From the IMG/VR virus record IMGVR_UViG_3300036861_000361, positions 1 through 63,549 of that record: DNA of 63,549 nucleotides. One strand, given 5' to 3'. The stretch is from a virus. Its lineage: Duplodnaviria; Caudoviricetes. The notes under the pieces are model-generated. The model searched no databases. It saw only the letters and a program-made list of their open reading frames with translations, and had not been told where the DNA came from. The position numbers and the translations under genes are program-made. Each line of letters starts with the position of its first letter. Position 1 is the first letter of the stretch. Positions 19,578 to 30,232 of the stretch are shown here, in pieces.

Positions 19578-22414
19578 GCGCGCAATTAGCTCTCCTTGCA
19601 CTTCAGGCATACCTGGGGATTGTCTTTCAAAAACGGCCCCATAAATTTACGTTTCAGGAGTTGCTCGATTCCAACAAAGGTGATGAGACTCGACCTATCT
19701 CATATATTCGAGGTCGCTGGAAGACTACACCGCAACGCATCTGGCTGGGAGACTTCACCGCCCATGCTGTTGAGCGAGATTCCGAGTGGACGGATTTCGT
19801 AATCGGAGGGCTGATTGGTGGAGTCGTTGGCGGGCTGGCTCTAGCTGCACTGCTTGATACTATAACTGTCGGCTATCGTTATAACGTCGGTCAGGGATTT
19901 GCACTGACCTGGGGGCCAATCAATCGGGTGCATCAGGTGTATGTGCAAGACTTAGCCTGTGCAGTCGCTCCAACGGTAGACAATGCTGGTGGCTCTCTCC
20001 TGCTCGACTTCCCCACGGCCTTCGGTGGCGACCAGCCTCCCGGTGGCGGTGGCATTTACGGCGTGTGCGATGTGATACCGGGGACGTACACGCAGGCACG
20101 CAACCCATACCTGCAAAGTGTCGAAGGCAACATCCCTGCGTTGCATGGAGTTGCTGCACTCATCATCCGTGGTGAGTCTGGTGCCCCATCATCAGGCTAC
20201 TTCTCAGCGAACGTCTTGGAACTCCGCGAGTGGCAGGTGGAGCTGATGGCATGGCCGGACGTACTGGGCACAGGTGATGCCGAACTTCCCGATCAATCAT
20301 TCAACCGCATCCACGCCATGTACGAGTGGGCCACGGCAGCAGATTATGGCGCACAGTATCCACTGGAGAAGATTCACCTGCCATCGTGGCGAGCAGCAGC
20401 AGCCCAGTGCTTTACTGATGGGCTGGGCTTCAGTGGGGAAATCAATACTGGCGGCAACGTAGGTGAAGTGTTTGACCAGTTGCGAGCGTCAGTGGATGCC
20501 GAGGTCTATGAGCACCCACGCGATGGCCTCAAGATCAAGCTCATTCGCAAAGACTACTCAATTCCATCGCTGCAGGTGCTGAGTCAGGCCAACTGCAACT
20601 CGGTCGAAGAGTACACACCCGGTGACTATGCGGACACTTTCAATCGTGTGACGTTGCCGTATATCAATGCAGAGAACAACTACCAGCCACGACCGGCAGT
20701 CTACGAAGACCCGGCGAACTTTCAAATACAGCGGCGGGTTGCCAGCAAGGAAATCAACTACCCCGGTGTGGCGTCCGCTGAGCTGGCCCAGAAACTGGTG
20801 ACACGCGATGGGCGGGTGTTGGCCCAACCGTTTCCCCCACTGGTACTGAATTCAGGAGAAGTTGGCCGCAATCTCTACCCCGGTGAAGTTTACAAGTTCC
20901 AATGGTCAGACCCGCTCATTGAGAAGATATTCAGGGTGCATGCGCGGACACCATCGGTCAGTTACGAAGGGGAGAAGAATTTCCGGCTGACTGCTACTGA
21001 GGATCAATACTCGATTGGCATGAGCGTGTTTGGTGCGCCGGAAGAGTCCGATGCAACCAATCCCGGCACCATCTGGGCCACTGCGCCACCGTCAGCGGCA
21101 TGGGATGATGCTCGGATTCCACCGGCTGGGCTGGAGATGTTCATCACGACCGGGCTGGCTGGGACTCTGGACACTTTCATTCGTGGGGCAGTGCTGTTCG
21201 ATGCTTACGCTGGAGGCCAGTACGCTCGCATCTATGTGACACCACCGGGCGGGTCGCAAACACTAACGCCGATTCATTTGTCGCCCGATGCCAATGACCA
21301 GGCGACCTTCATCTGGCCTGCACTGATTGCTGGCACATATCAGTTCTGTGTGCAGACCTTTGCTGCTGGCCCACCATTTGCTACCAATGGAGTCAAGGTG
21401 TGCGAGACGATTGCTGCCTCGTCATTCTCGGTCAGTCCGAGTCACAGCGTTAGTCCAAGCGTATCACCATCTATCAGTCCCAGCTCGTCTGTAAGTCCTA
21501 GTGAAAGCCCTTCGGTTAGTCCCAGTATGAGTATGAGTCCAAGTGGCAGCCAGAGTCCGTCTGCATCCCAAAGTCCATCATCTTCACAATCCTTGTCTGT
21601 GTCGCCTTCTGGTTCTATCAGCGCCTCAATATCACCGTCTGCTTCACAGTCTCCGTCAAGTTCAGCCTCTAGTTCAGTGTCACCTTCGGCTAGTATGAGT
21701 CCATCTTCATCAGTATCGCCTTCCGTGCCCACAGGAATTACATTTGTAGCGGCAGGCGCTTTAGGCACATCTACATCAGGAACAAGTCTGTCTGTTGTAG
21801 CCCCAACGCTGGCTGCTGACGACATAATGGTTTGCTGCATTATAAATAAATCGGTCACTGCCAATGTAATCAGTCCGCCGGATGGCACTTGGACAGCAGT
21901 TATCGCTCAGGAGGTCAATAACTGTACCTTGGCAGCAGACGATTTTGAGTATGCGGTATTTTGGAAACGGGCAGGAGTTGGAGATTCAGGCGCGACGTTT
22001 AACTTCACTAAAGCATCGCAAGATTTTGTGTTGTTCGCCGGAGTGATTGGAGCATGGCGAGGAGCAGTTGCAAGTGGTAGCCCCTTGGACGCAACTGCGG
22101 CAGTGAGAACAAATACTGCTGCCCAGACTGACAATGTCAGTTTCCCGGCATACGATCCTACATCAACCGACGTACACGTGATCTACATAGCTTTCTACGG
22201 AAATGATTTGGTAGCGTTCTCAGCGGCAATGTCAAATGACACCAACCCTGATTGTACTACACGGTGGAGCGTGGAATCTTCAATTGGCAATGATTGCGCG
22301 ATTGCCTGCACTTCAGGTGATAACGATGGTTCCAGTATTGCGTCAAGAACATGGGCCAGTAATGCTACCACTGATGCCGGTAATACAGGCATTGTATTCG
22401 CACTGATACCATAA
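19574..22414 (+). CDS. Central tail tip/host-specificity protein with internal ~100-aa Ser/Pro linker and C-terminal beta domain
   Basis: 946 aa, KLIRKDY, FNRVTLPY; SPS tract ~21417-21729. Confidence 0.75.
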   Translation: MSAQLALLALQAYLGIVFQKRPHKFTFQELLDSNKGDETRPISYIRGRWKTTPQRIWLGDFTAHAVERDSEWTDFVIGGLIGGVVGGLALAALLDTITVGYRYNVGQGFALTWGPINRVHQVYVQDLACAVAPTVDNAGGSLLLDFPTAFGGDQPPGGGGIYGVCDVIPGTYTQARNPYLQSVEGNIPALHGVAALIIRGESGAPSSGYFSANVLELREWQVELMAWPDVLGTGDAELPDQSFNRIHAMYEWATAADYGAQYPLEKIHLPSWRAAAAQCFTDGLGFSGEINTGGNVGEVFDQLRASVDAEVYEHPRDGLKIKLIRKDYSIPSLQVLSQANCNSVEEYTPGDYADTFNRVTLPYINAENNYQPRPAVYEDPANFQIQRRVASKEINYPGVASAELAQKLVTRDGRVLAQPFPPLVLNSGEVGRNLYPGEVYKFQWSDPLIEKIFRVHARTPSVSYEGEKNFRLTATEDQYSIGMSVFGAPEESDATNPGTIWATAPPSAAWDDARIPPAGLEMFITTGLAGTLDTFIRGAVLFDAYAGGQYARIYVTPPGGSQTLTPIHLSPDANDQATFIWPALIAGTYQFCVQTFAAGPPFATNGVKVCETIAASSFSVSPSHSVSPSVSPSISPSSSVSPSESPSVSPSMSMSPSGSQSPSASQSPSSSQSLSVSPSGSISASISPSASQSPSSSASSSVSPSASMSPSSSVSPSVPTGITFVAAGALGTSTSGTSLSVVAPTLAADDIMVCCIINKSVTANVISPPDGTWTAVIAQEVNNCTLAADDFEYAVFWKRAGVGDSGATFNFTKASQDFVLFAGVIGAWRGAVASGSPLDATAAVRTNTAAQTDNVSFPAYDPTSTDVHVIYIAFYGNDLVAFSAAMSNDTNPDCTTRWSVESSIGNDCAIACTSGDNDGSSIASRTWASNATTDAGNTGIVFALIP

Positions 22415-24562
22415 ATGGCAACTTACGAAGAAACTGTTTTAGCTGACACTCCAGCGTTGTATTACCGCCTTGACATGGTGGGCGCGGCGGTAAATGGTGA
22501 CACAATTCCTGACCTATCCGGCAACAACCTGCACGGCACTTTGGAGTTTATACAACCCGGTACTACTCCCGAACCTTACGGCTATCCTTCGCCGATAGAG
22601 ACGGACGAAGGCAGCCGGGAATTCAGAGGATTCAACCAAGGCACTTTTTCCAGCACCAGAGTTGCACGAATTGGACGGGCATCTGATTCCCAGATAGAAC
22701 CCGATGGGGACTTCGCTCTTGAGGGATGGCTACGACTACCAAATGCTACAGGCGGATCAGCGGCCTTCGGAACCATTATGCAGGTAATGTTTGGGCGAAC
22801 AGGTTCAATATTCGCTTACATAGACCACTTCAATTTCATAGCAGGTTGCGTTATAGACACGGCTGGAACTGGCTGGCTGATTGTATCGCCTACCCCGGTA
22901 GAATATGGAGTTTCCTACCATACGGTAATTGAACGACTCGGTAATGCTTTGATTCTCAAGATAAACGGAGTTTTGCAAAACTTCACCACTATTACGAGCG
23001 GTCTGCCGAATCGCATGGACGCGCCTGGCACGTTTCTAAATGCGTCAGGGGGAATTCAACAGCTTCCGGCATTCTTTGTACATCCTTACCAGATTGCCCA
23101 GATGGATGCTCGCTATGATGAGATAGCATTTTACAACGCGGCGCTTGGCTCAAGAGCAGCAGCGCACTATGAAGCAGCGTTGAATACGCTGGAACTACGT
23201 GGAACGTGTAACATCCGCACGTCTGTGCAGCTTGATGGCAGTGATGACCCAGACCCGGTTGCTTATCCGTTTCGTCACAATTGGAGTGAGCCGGTAATCG
23301 AGCGTCTGCGGTGGCGCACCTCGCTGTTCAAGCCGGAGAACGGTTCGACTGAGTTTGCACGGCAACGGTCAGCACTGCGCCGGTCGGTCGAATATCAACA
23401 CCTGCTCTACAACGAGAACTTGCGGCGGCAATTCGAGGCCCGGTCGTTTGGTGGGCGCAAGTCGCTAGTGCAGTTTGAGCCGGACAAGGTGCAGGTGGCA
23501 TCGCTACCCGCCGCTACTACAGCCGTCACCTTCGACACCGTTCATATGGACTTCGAAGTGGGCCATTATGCACTCATCTGGCAGGATGATGACACCTATG
23601 AGTACAAGCTACTGACAGCAGTGGATGACAGTGGAGTACAGTGGGATGGCAACCTGACTCGTGACTATGTGAACCCGTGGTTGAAACCGGCGCGCATTGC
23701 TCGCCTACCCGCATCACAGGACATGGACGCAGAGACCGACACCATTGGTAATGCCTCGACTATCTATGAGTACCAGCTGGAAGATGAACCACTCAACTCG
23801 AGACGCATCACGCCATTTGTGGAGACACTAACCTACCGTGACCGAGAAGTATTCGACCTGCGCGAATGGCAGGGACATGATTACAGTGAGATTCCAAAGA
23901 TTGAGTTTGCAGCCGACCGGGCCGAGCTTGACTTTGGCACTGGGGTGGTCTCCCAGAAGCAGTATCGCTGGGGTGCTGAGCAAATCACGCCATACAACAT
24001 GAACCTGCAGGGGAGGCCACTGATAGCCAAGTATCTCGGTTGGTTGTACCGGAGAGCAGGCATGAACACGCCGTTCTGGATGCCCACATTCAGGCAGGAC
24101 TTGGAACCACTGTTGGGCGACACGCTTGACCTGACTGTGCGCGGCCACGAGTACACGCAACTTTATGCGCCTGCTGATAATCGTATCGACCTGGCATTTG
24201 TGTACTTTGACAGCACGGTGATTATGCGACGGATTGAAGCGGCAGTGGCGGATGGCATGAATGACTTGTTGACACTCGACGCAGCGGTGCCTACGTTCAC
24301 CAACCTGCGCTGGCTGTGCTTCCTGCGCCGGGTGATTCTCAGCAGTGATGACCTGGAGATTGCGTGGGAGACAGACAACGTGGTGCAAGTGGCTTTCGCA
24401 GTCAGGGACGCACCACTGGACTGGGCACTGGGGAGTCCTTCAGTAAGTCCTTCACCATCACCGTCGCTGTCACTTTCACCATCGCCCAGCCACTCAGCAT
24501 CTGGATCGGTGTCGCCAAGCGGTAGCGCAAGTCCTAGTCACAGCGCAAGTCCCTCGGTATAA
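22415..24562 (+). CDS. Tail structural protein with N-terminal LamG/ConA-like domain and C-terminal Ser/Pro tag
   Basis: YYRLD..DLSGNNLHG..DEIAFYNAAL; NWSEPVIERLRW; PFWMP; terminal SPS tract. Confidence 0.75.
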   Translation: MATYEETVLADTPALYYRLDMVGAAVNGDTIPDLSGNNLHGTLEFIQPGTTPEPYGYPSPIETDEGSREFRGFNQGTFSSTRVARIGRASDSQIEPDGDFALEGWLRLPNATGGSAAFGTIMQVMFGRTGSIFAYIDHFNFIAGCVIDTAGTGWLIVSPTPVEYGVSYHTVIERLGNALILKINGVLQNFTTITSGLPNRMDAPGTFLNASGGIQQLPAFFVHPYQIAQMDARYDEIAFYNAALGSRAAAHYEAALNTLELRGTCNIRTSVQLDGSDDPDPVAYPFRHNWSEPVIERLRWRTSLFKPENGSTEFARQRSALRRSVEYQHLLYNENLRRQFEARSFGGRKSLVQFEPDKVQVASLPAATTAVTFDTVHMDFEVGHYALIWQDDDTYEYKLLTAVDDSGVQWDGNLTRDYVNPWLKPARIARLPASQDMDAETDTIGNASTIYEYQLEDEPLNSRRITPFVETLTYRDREVFDLREWQGHDYSEIPKIEFAADRAELDFGTGVVSQKQYRWGAEQITPYNMNLQGRPLIAKYLGWLYRRAGMNTPFWMPTFRQDLEPLLGDTLDLTVRGHEYTQLYAPADNRIDLAFVYFDSTVIMRRIEAAVADGMNDLLTLDAAVPTFTNLRWLCFLRRVILSSDDLEIAWETDNVVQVAFAVRDAPLDWALGSPSVSPSPSPSLSLSPSPSHSASGSVSPSGSASPSHSASPSV

Positions 24563-24614
24563 TGGGCCAGTGGAGTCTCTCCCGACCGACTCTAGAAGAA
24601 GGTGGACAAATTGA

Positions 24615-25010
24615 TTGAGCGGAGAAACAGAAAAAGAAGTCAGTGGTTGGACAATAGACACACTCAAGATACTTTTGGAAGTGCGCATGAGCGCGCACGA
24701 AAAAGCACTGAGCCTAGCCCGAGAGGAGTTAGAGCGGCGTTTAGATGGATTGAATCAGCTACGGCAGGAGGTCACGCAGGATAGATCGCAGTTTGTAAAG
24801 ACCGATGTTTATTATCCAGCCCATGAGGAATTGCGAAGACAGCGCATTTCTGACAATGAGAAGATAACAGTGCTTCAGGGTGACGTGAAGAATAATGCAA
24901 CCGACATCGCACAAATGAAGAGTTCGCTGATGTGGCTGACTCGTTTGATTGCAGGCGCACTGGTTCTCGGCATCATAGCCTATGTATTTCAAAGGTTGAC
25001 GGGGAGATAA
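24615..25010 (+). CDS. Coiled-coil protein with C-terminal TM (holin-like)
   Basis: C-terminal WLTRLIAGALVLGIIAYVF. Confidence 0.5.
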   Translation: MSGETEKEVSGWTIDTLKILLEVRMSAHEKALSLAREELERRLDGLNQLRQEVTQDRSQFVKTDVYYPAHEELRRQRISDNEKITVLQGDVKNNATDIAQMKSSLMWLTRLIAGALVLGIIAYVFQRLTGR

Positions 25011-25069
25011 TTAGCTATGCGCATTGGCCCAAGTGGTGTAAGATACGGCCCAGAATGGAGATAAACTAA

Positions 25070-25417
25070 ATGGAAGTAATAATCGGAATAAGTGGTGCAA
25101 CTACAGCAGCATCGTTGCTGGTTGCTTTATTCAAGCTGGGAGTCCCGAGCGCGTCATCAGCGTTAATTGCGTTGGTGGCGTTTTTAGCAGGGCAAGCCTC
25201 GGCAGTCCTGGTAACAGCGGCCCAGGGTGGACTAGCTACTGAGCAGAAGGTTATTGCTTCAATCCTGCTTACTGGGATCATGGCAGCAGCGGCAGCAGCG
25301 GGAATCAGCCGCACCGACAATGCCGCAGAAGCCAAACGAATCGGAGCAGATGTTCAAGCCAACCGTGAAGTTATTGCCAATCTGGGAGCGAAGGCAGAAA
25401 AGGAAGCTAACAAATGA
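25070..25417 (+). CDS. Multi-TM membrane protein (holin candidate)
   Basis: Three hydrophobic segments, charged C-terminus, GGAG RBS. Confidence 0.55.
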   Translation: MEVIIGISGATTAASLLVALFKLGVPSASSALIALVAFLAGQASAVLVTAAQGGLATEQKVIASILLTGIMAAAAAAGISRTDNAAEAKRIGADVQANREVIANLGAKAEKEANK

Positions 25418-25914
25418 AACTAATGACTCGTTCCTTAATGGCATTCATTCTCACTGTCTGCATGTTGTCCCAAGCGGCGTGCGGTGGTGGTCTAATCGAC
25501 TCATTCAAAGCAGGCTTCGGAGCAACTAAGCCGTTCATCCAAACGCTCGTCTCGCAAGGGGTAATTGACCAAGCGAAGGCAGACGCGGCCATTGCAGATA
25601 TAGATGACAGTCTCAACTTTGCGTCGGTGGCCCAGGCGTGCGTCGAAGCAGCAGGCTCAAGCAAACCAGTCAAAGCACAGTGCTACCTGACCCTTGCTAA
25701 TAATCTGAGGACGGTACTGCAAAGACACAACATCGGCGGCAGCCCACAGTTGGATCGCATTGCGGTAATTGCCGCGGCGGCCATTGTGGCATTTGAAGCC
25801 TACAACAGTAGAGTGACCTCGACAGCCAAGGGGATGAGAGCCGACCCAGATAAGCAACTTGAGGCCGACATGAAGGCTGTTAAGCGAGACTTGGACGCAC
25901 TCACTGGAAAATGA
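25414..25914 (+). CDS. Putative lipoprotein
   Basis: Signal peptide ending QAA-C lipobox-like. Confidence 0.6.
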   Translation: MKLMTRSLMAFILTVCMLSQAACGGGLIDSFKAGFGATKPFIQTLVSQGVIDQAKADAAIADIDDSLNFASVAQACVEAAGSSKPVKAQCYLTLANNLRTVLQRHNIGGSPQLDRIAVIAAAAIVAFEAYNSRVTSTAKGMRADPDKQLEADMKAVKRDLDALTGK

Positions 25915-26111
25915 GAATCTTCCACGACATAGAAGGCAGGAGCAATCTTTACTTCCTGCTCAATGCTTTCATCGGCGCGTACAATCGGCGCACTGATGTA
26001 ATGCATGCGCAAGTCGATCCTGAAGCCTTGAAACTGCTGACCGCCAAGCTCAAGGCATCATCTGACAACTTGGCGGCGGCAGTAAAATCTCAAACACCGA
26101 AGGAGAAATAA
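25911..26111 (+). CDS. Hypothetical protein
   Basis: Coupled ORF; C-terminus LKASSDNLAAAV resembles next gene. Confidence 0.5.
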   Translation: MRIFHDIEGRSNLYFLLNAFIGAYNRRTDVMHAQVDPEALKLLTAKLKASSDNLAAAVKSQTPKEK

Positions 26112-26113
26112 TC

Positions 26114-26335
26114 ATGGCAGATACAACGGGCATCGCAGCCCAGGTAGAAACAACAGTAGGAGTTGAGGCTTCAGCAGCAGCACTTATCAGCGGCTTTCAA
26201 GCAAGATTGGACGCAGCCATTGCGGAGGCAGTTGCAGCGAACGACAATGCTGATTTGACCGCGCTTACAGCGTTGTCAGACGAACTAAAGGCATCATCGG
26301 ATGCTCTTGCGGCGGCTGTAGCAGCTAACCCATAA
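26114..26335 (+). CDS. Ala-rich helical hypothetical protein
   Basis: AAGGAG RBS; LKASSDALAAAVAANP. Confidence 0.7.
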   Translation: MADTTGIAAQVETTVGVEASAAALISGFQARLDAAIAEAVAANDNADLTALTALSDELKASSDALAAAVAANP

Positions 26336-26704
26336 CCACTTTGGCGACAGCTTCTCTCTGGTCTGCTGCGTTGCGGGGGCGATAGTGGTGGGCCTGATTG
26401 GTGAGCAGAGGGGCTGTCGCCATTTCTAAGCTAATGAACAGTAACTACCCGGAACCAACCTCAGAACAGCGGTATCGCTTCGGGCTGGAGTTTGAGGAGT
26501 TCCAGCGAGAGCATATTGGGATGCTTATGCTTGACAAAGACATTTGGTATCACGCACGGGCGTATGGTGAGGAGAAGCAGGGGTTGACTCCAATGGAGTT
26601 GCCCGAGTGAGAGTTCTATTCAACCTGCTACTTGCGCTGCTTCGCTACCGCTGCATCTTTTGCAATGGACTATGAAGGAGAAATTTAAATGACCGACTCA
26701 CGCA

Positions 26705-27292
26705 TTGACGTTGACGACGAGAAAGAAGGCGACGATGAGCCAAGCAAGACTCCGCCTAGTGACCCTGGAAGACTTGGAGACCCAGCACCAGCCGATGACC
26801 CGGTGCCCGTCCCCCCAACTGAACCAGGGGAGATCCCAGGATCAGGCAAACCAAAGCCTGCCTAGAATGCATTGCCACGTTGGGCAGGTGCTCTATGCCA
26901 AGGATGTCTACAAGGACTATCCGGCATGGAAGCGGTGGGCGGCAGAGCACATTCACATTCCGCTGTTTCGGTTCCTGCAAAAGTGGCTGAATCTGTTCCC
27001 GCCTGGACGCCTTGAGCCGGACGGCACATATTCGTGGGTGATGCACCAAGGCTGTTTCTTCACTCAAGAGGATGCGGACAGGGACGCGGCTCGCTACCCG
27101 CATGGCTATGTGGTGCCCAATGTGCCACTGGGGCAGTCGCTGACAGACAAGGTTACTGAAAAGTCCTCCATCTACTTTCCAAGGCAAGAAGAAGCCTTTG
27201 ATGTTGATCTCGCTCCAATTAGGCAAGGTCTTGAGAATGAGGTCAGAGAACTAAAAGATTTAGGACGCGCCGCCGCATGGATCAATACCTAA
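26705..27292 (+). CDS. Hypothetical protein (start uncertain)
   Basis: ORF in + run. Confidence 0.45.
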   Translation: MTLTTRKKATMSQARLRLVTLEDLETQHQPMTRCPSPQLNQGRSQDQANQSLPRMHCHVGQVLYAKDVYKDYPAWKRWAAEHIHIPLFRFLQKWLNLFPPGRLEPDGTYSWVMHQGCFFTQEDADRDAARYPHGYVVPNVPLGQSLTDKVTEKSSIYFPRQEEAFDVDLAPIRQGLENEVRELKDLGRAAAWINT

Positions 27293-27296
27293 TGAG

Positions 27297-27818
27297 ATGC
27301 ACTACCTTTTCCAGCAGTCCTCACCATCGCTCGCAGTGTGGTTTGGCATTGCGGGTACGCTTCTTGGTGTAAGCGCAACACTCCTCGGAACTTGGCTCAA
27401 TAGAAAGAGACGTAGCAGTGTCCGGGCGGAAGATCGCAAGACGCATGCTGAAGCCACCAAACTGGAGATTGAGAGCATTGCTGACCTCTACGAGCAGCTT
27501 CGGGCAACACGGGCAGAGCTGACAGCGATTATTCACGAAGGTGCAGAAAAGTCTCGGGAGTTGAGGGAACTGCACGCCAAGCAAATCGAGTTTCTCCAGA
27601 GCCAGGTTGAGATAAAGACCGAGGCTGAATTCGACGCGCGCCAGAATGAGCAGAAGGTGCGGACTCGGTTTCATGCGTCACAGAATGAAATCCAGCGGTG
27701 TATTTTCAGGATGCGTGACTACGAGGAGTTAATCAGGAAGTGTGAGCCGAAGGTGGAATTTGTTCCATTTGACTTCACACCTTACAAGGACATCATGGAG
27801 GGGCGTGGTGAGCATTGA
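27297..27818 (+). CDS. N-terminal TM plus coiled-coil protein
   Basis: LAVWFGIAGTLLGVSATLLGTWL then coiled coil. Confidence 0.6.
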   Translation: MHYLFQQSSPSLAVWFGIAGTLLGVSATLLGTWLNRKRRSSVRAEDRKTHAEATKLEIESIADLYEQLRATRAELTAIIHEGAEKSRELRELHAKQIEFLQSQVEIKTEAEFDARQNEQKVRTRFHASQNEIQRCIFRMRDYEELIRKCEPKVEFVPFDFTPYKDIMEGRGEH

Positions 27819-28192
27819 AGATTCTTGACCCATCACCGGCTCGCGCAGCAGCTTACGTTGCCCTGTATCCGATACTGGTACAGATTGCACGGCGTCACGG
27901 TTACGCACTCGCAGTTCACGGCTCGCTTCATCGTGATATGGACTTGATTGCTGTGCCGTGGGTTGATGAAGCCAACGATCCACTAACGCTGATCAAGGCA
28001 TTCAAGAAAGCGACGCGGGCAGTTACGAGTCATGAGAAGACAGATAAGCAGATTAAAGACTGCCGCCCGACACCAAAGCCGCATGGCCGAGTCGCTTACT
28101 CTCTACATGTTACGAATCATGGAATGTACGGCGGCTACTTTGACATCTCGGTCATGCCCAAACAGAAAAAGGCCAAGAGACGTAGACCCTGA
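27815..28192 (+). CDS. Minimal nucleotidyltransferase-like protein
   Basis: VHGS..RDMDLI..D motif. Confidence 0.5.
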   Translation: MKILDPSPARAAAYVALYPILVQIARRHGYALAVHGSLHRDMDLIAVPWVDEANDPLTLIKAFKKATRAVTSHEKTDKQIKDCRPTPKPHGRVAYSLHVTNHGMYGGYFDISVMPKQKKAKRRRP

Positions 28193-28434
28193 TGTCCAAG
28201 CTGTTTGAAGTACCCAGTGGTACGCGAGTGCGGATGACATCCAAGCTCATTCGCTGGCGTGAGCAGGGAGCTGACTTAAAAGTTGGAGAAGGTGTTACAT
28301 GGGAAGGCACTACGACCGGCTGCTACGAAGAGTTCCAAGGGGAGAGACGCAGGCTGGTAATTGCGCACACTATTCCACTATGGCGCGGCACGGGGATTTG
28401 GCAGACCGATTGCGAGTGCGAGGTGGTTGACTAG
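28192..28434 (+). CDS. Hypothetical protein (last + gene before strand convergence)
   Basis: Coupled ORF. Confidence 0.5.
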   Translation: MSKLFEVPSGTRVRMTSKLIRWREQGADLKVGEGVTWEGTTTGCYEEFQGERRRLVIAHTIPLWRGTGIWQTDCECEVVD

Positions 28435-29202
28435 CAAGCACACGACCGCACGCACTTACGGCAGAGCAGTTTCTGATTCTTAGTGCGCCAGCCCTTTTCA
28501 TAGAAGCCACATGCAGCCTCATTAGCGTCCTCAGCCATTAGTTTGGTGTGGGTGTAACACTTGGAACATGTAATATAGAAAACCCCACTTAATTGCTGGC
28601 TGATTTCAAACTCTTGTTGATTGCGTTTGGCTGACATTCAAATAGTTCTCAACGTTGTAAAGCTGTTCTCGGTACTGCAACTTGCCACACTTCTCACACG
28701 ACCAAATCGAACGAGCGAACTTGCGCCATGTGCTGTAGTAATGAATCGGATCACCATGAAGGTTTACTAACCAACGGTAATCATGCTTACAAAACAGACG
28801 TTTAATTAAGAGACTGAGTACGGTCATCAAACGTTCCTTCTGGAATGGTGTCGCCGCTCTTCCTACAGATGATGTCCTCCAACTTTTCCTGCTCTTCCTT
28901 CGCATGTATGTAGAGCCAGCCAAAGTCGTTGAGGTCATCTTTGGTCGCGGCGTCCATGTGCTGAGCAAACCAAAACTTCTCATCAGCCGCTGCTTTATCT
29001 TTCCACATTTGAAGTATTGACAGATTCATTTCTGCTCCTTTATCAGTTCTGGGTTCTCGTAGATGTTGCCGACCACCTCAATCCAACAGTCCTTATCTTG
29101 GCGCGAGAACTCAGAAAGGTGCTGGTCTTCACCAGCCCACCACCCAAACTCTTGCATTGCCACCACAGACCCTTCTCGCTCGGTTCGGTCTCTTTCTCTG
29201 CC

Positions 29203-29469
29203 CTAGCAATCTTCAGGCATGTTATCTGAGCACTCAACACGATCAACGATGCATGTGTTCACAATATCCGCCTCGTAAATCTCTTGTCCGTTCTTGTCTA
29301 AGAGTCCAGTAAATTGTAGGCGCACTAACAAAGGATCAAAAAATTGATAGCAAAGAACCCCAAAGGGAACTCGACCTGTAAAAACAGGTTCGTGATTAGC
29401 TTTCACCCCCATTTCAAGCATAACCTTATGCTTTGCATCCCACGCTCTGAATTTAATCGGTTTGCTCAT
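29203..29469 (-). CDS. YopX-family protein (short)
   Basis: IKFRAWD...QFTGLLDKNGQEIYEADIV. Confidence 0.8.
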   Translation of the reverse strand: MSKPIKFRAWDAKHKVMLEMGVKANHEPVFTGRVPFGVLCYQFFDPLLVRLQFTGLLDKNGQEIYEADIVNTCIVDRVECSDNMPEDC

Positions 29470-29804
29470 TTCAAATTATCTCCCTTTGGCGCAAACAACT
29501 TGCGAAGCTGATAGTGATCCCAAACGGTCGCCTCTCTAATTTCATCCCCGTCTATCACTGTAAGACCATTTTTACTGATCGAGCACGACTTAAAACGATC
29601 CGTCTCTTCCAACACCTGCTTGACCATAATTCCCGGTCTCTGGGTTTCCTCGCTGGCAAGGTTCTCATAACTGAACGCTTCAAGGTTATTAATGAAACCG
29701 TACTTGCACGGCGTCTTATTCAACCATCGGCTGTTCAGTAACCATAGCAATGCTTTAATCAGAATCGCACTCATTTCACCCTCGCAAGGCTTCCCCACGA
29801 CCAC
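29466..29804 (-). CDS. Hypothetical protein
   Basis: In coupled minus-strand run. Confidence 0.45.
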   Translation of the reverse strand: MVVGKPCEGEMSAILIKALLWLLNSRWLNKTPCKYGFINNLEAFSYENLASEETQRPGIMVKQVLEETDRFKSCSISKNGLTVIDGDEIREATVWDHYQLRKLFAPKGDNLK

Positions 29805-29995
29805 GCAACGTCATAGCGTCCGCAAGTTTCACACTTGAGTACATGAACATTATCCGGCGTGTTTTCATCATCAGTTTTCCATCTACAACCGCTGATTAGG
29901 TCACCTGAGTAACCAACCGAATGCAAGACAAACGATTTATAAAGTGTGCGCCACCAGCAAATAGCTCTCTTAGCACTCATTCCACACTCCTTTCG

Positions 29996-30232
29996 TCAAT
30001 AGCCGTGCCGCTCGCCGTTGTGCCCAGTAGTTAAGATTGAGGGCGTTACGCTGATCGTCCCATCTTCGTGTTCCTCAACTTTATGATTCGCAAGTCCGCC
30101 AAGAAGGCCGTGACCGTCTGTTGTCGGGAAATGGATATACCACTCACCCGACTCTTCATCCTTCCAGTAGCAGATCATAGACTCATCTCTCTGACTGTAA
30201 TTCCTAACTCGCTTTGTTGGCTCAGGAGTCAT
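29996..30232 (-). CDS. Hypothetical protein (DGTISVTPSI motif)
   Basis: Coupled minus-strand ORF. Confidence 0.55.
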   Translation of the reverse strand: MTPEPTKRVRNYSQRDESMICYWKDEESGEWYIHFPTTDGHGLLGGLANHKVEEHEDGTISVTPSILTTGHNGERHGY

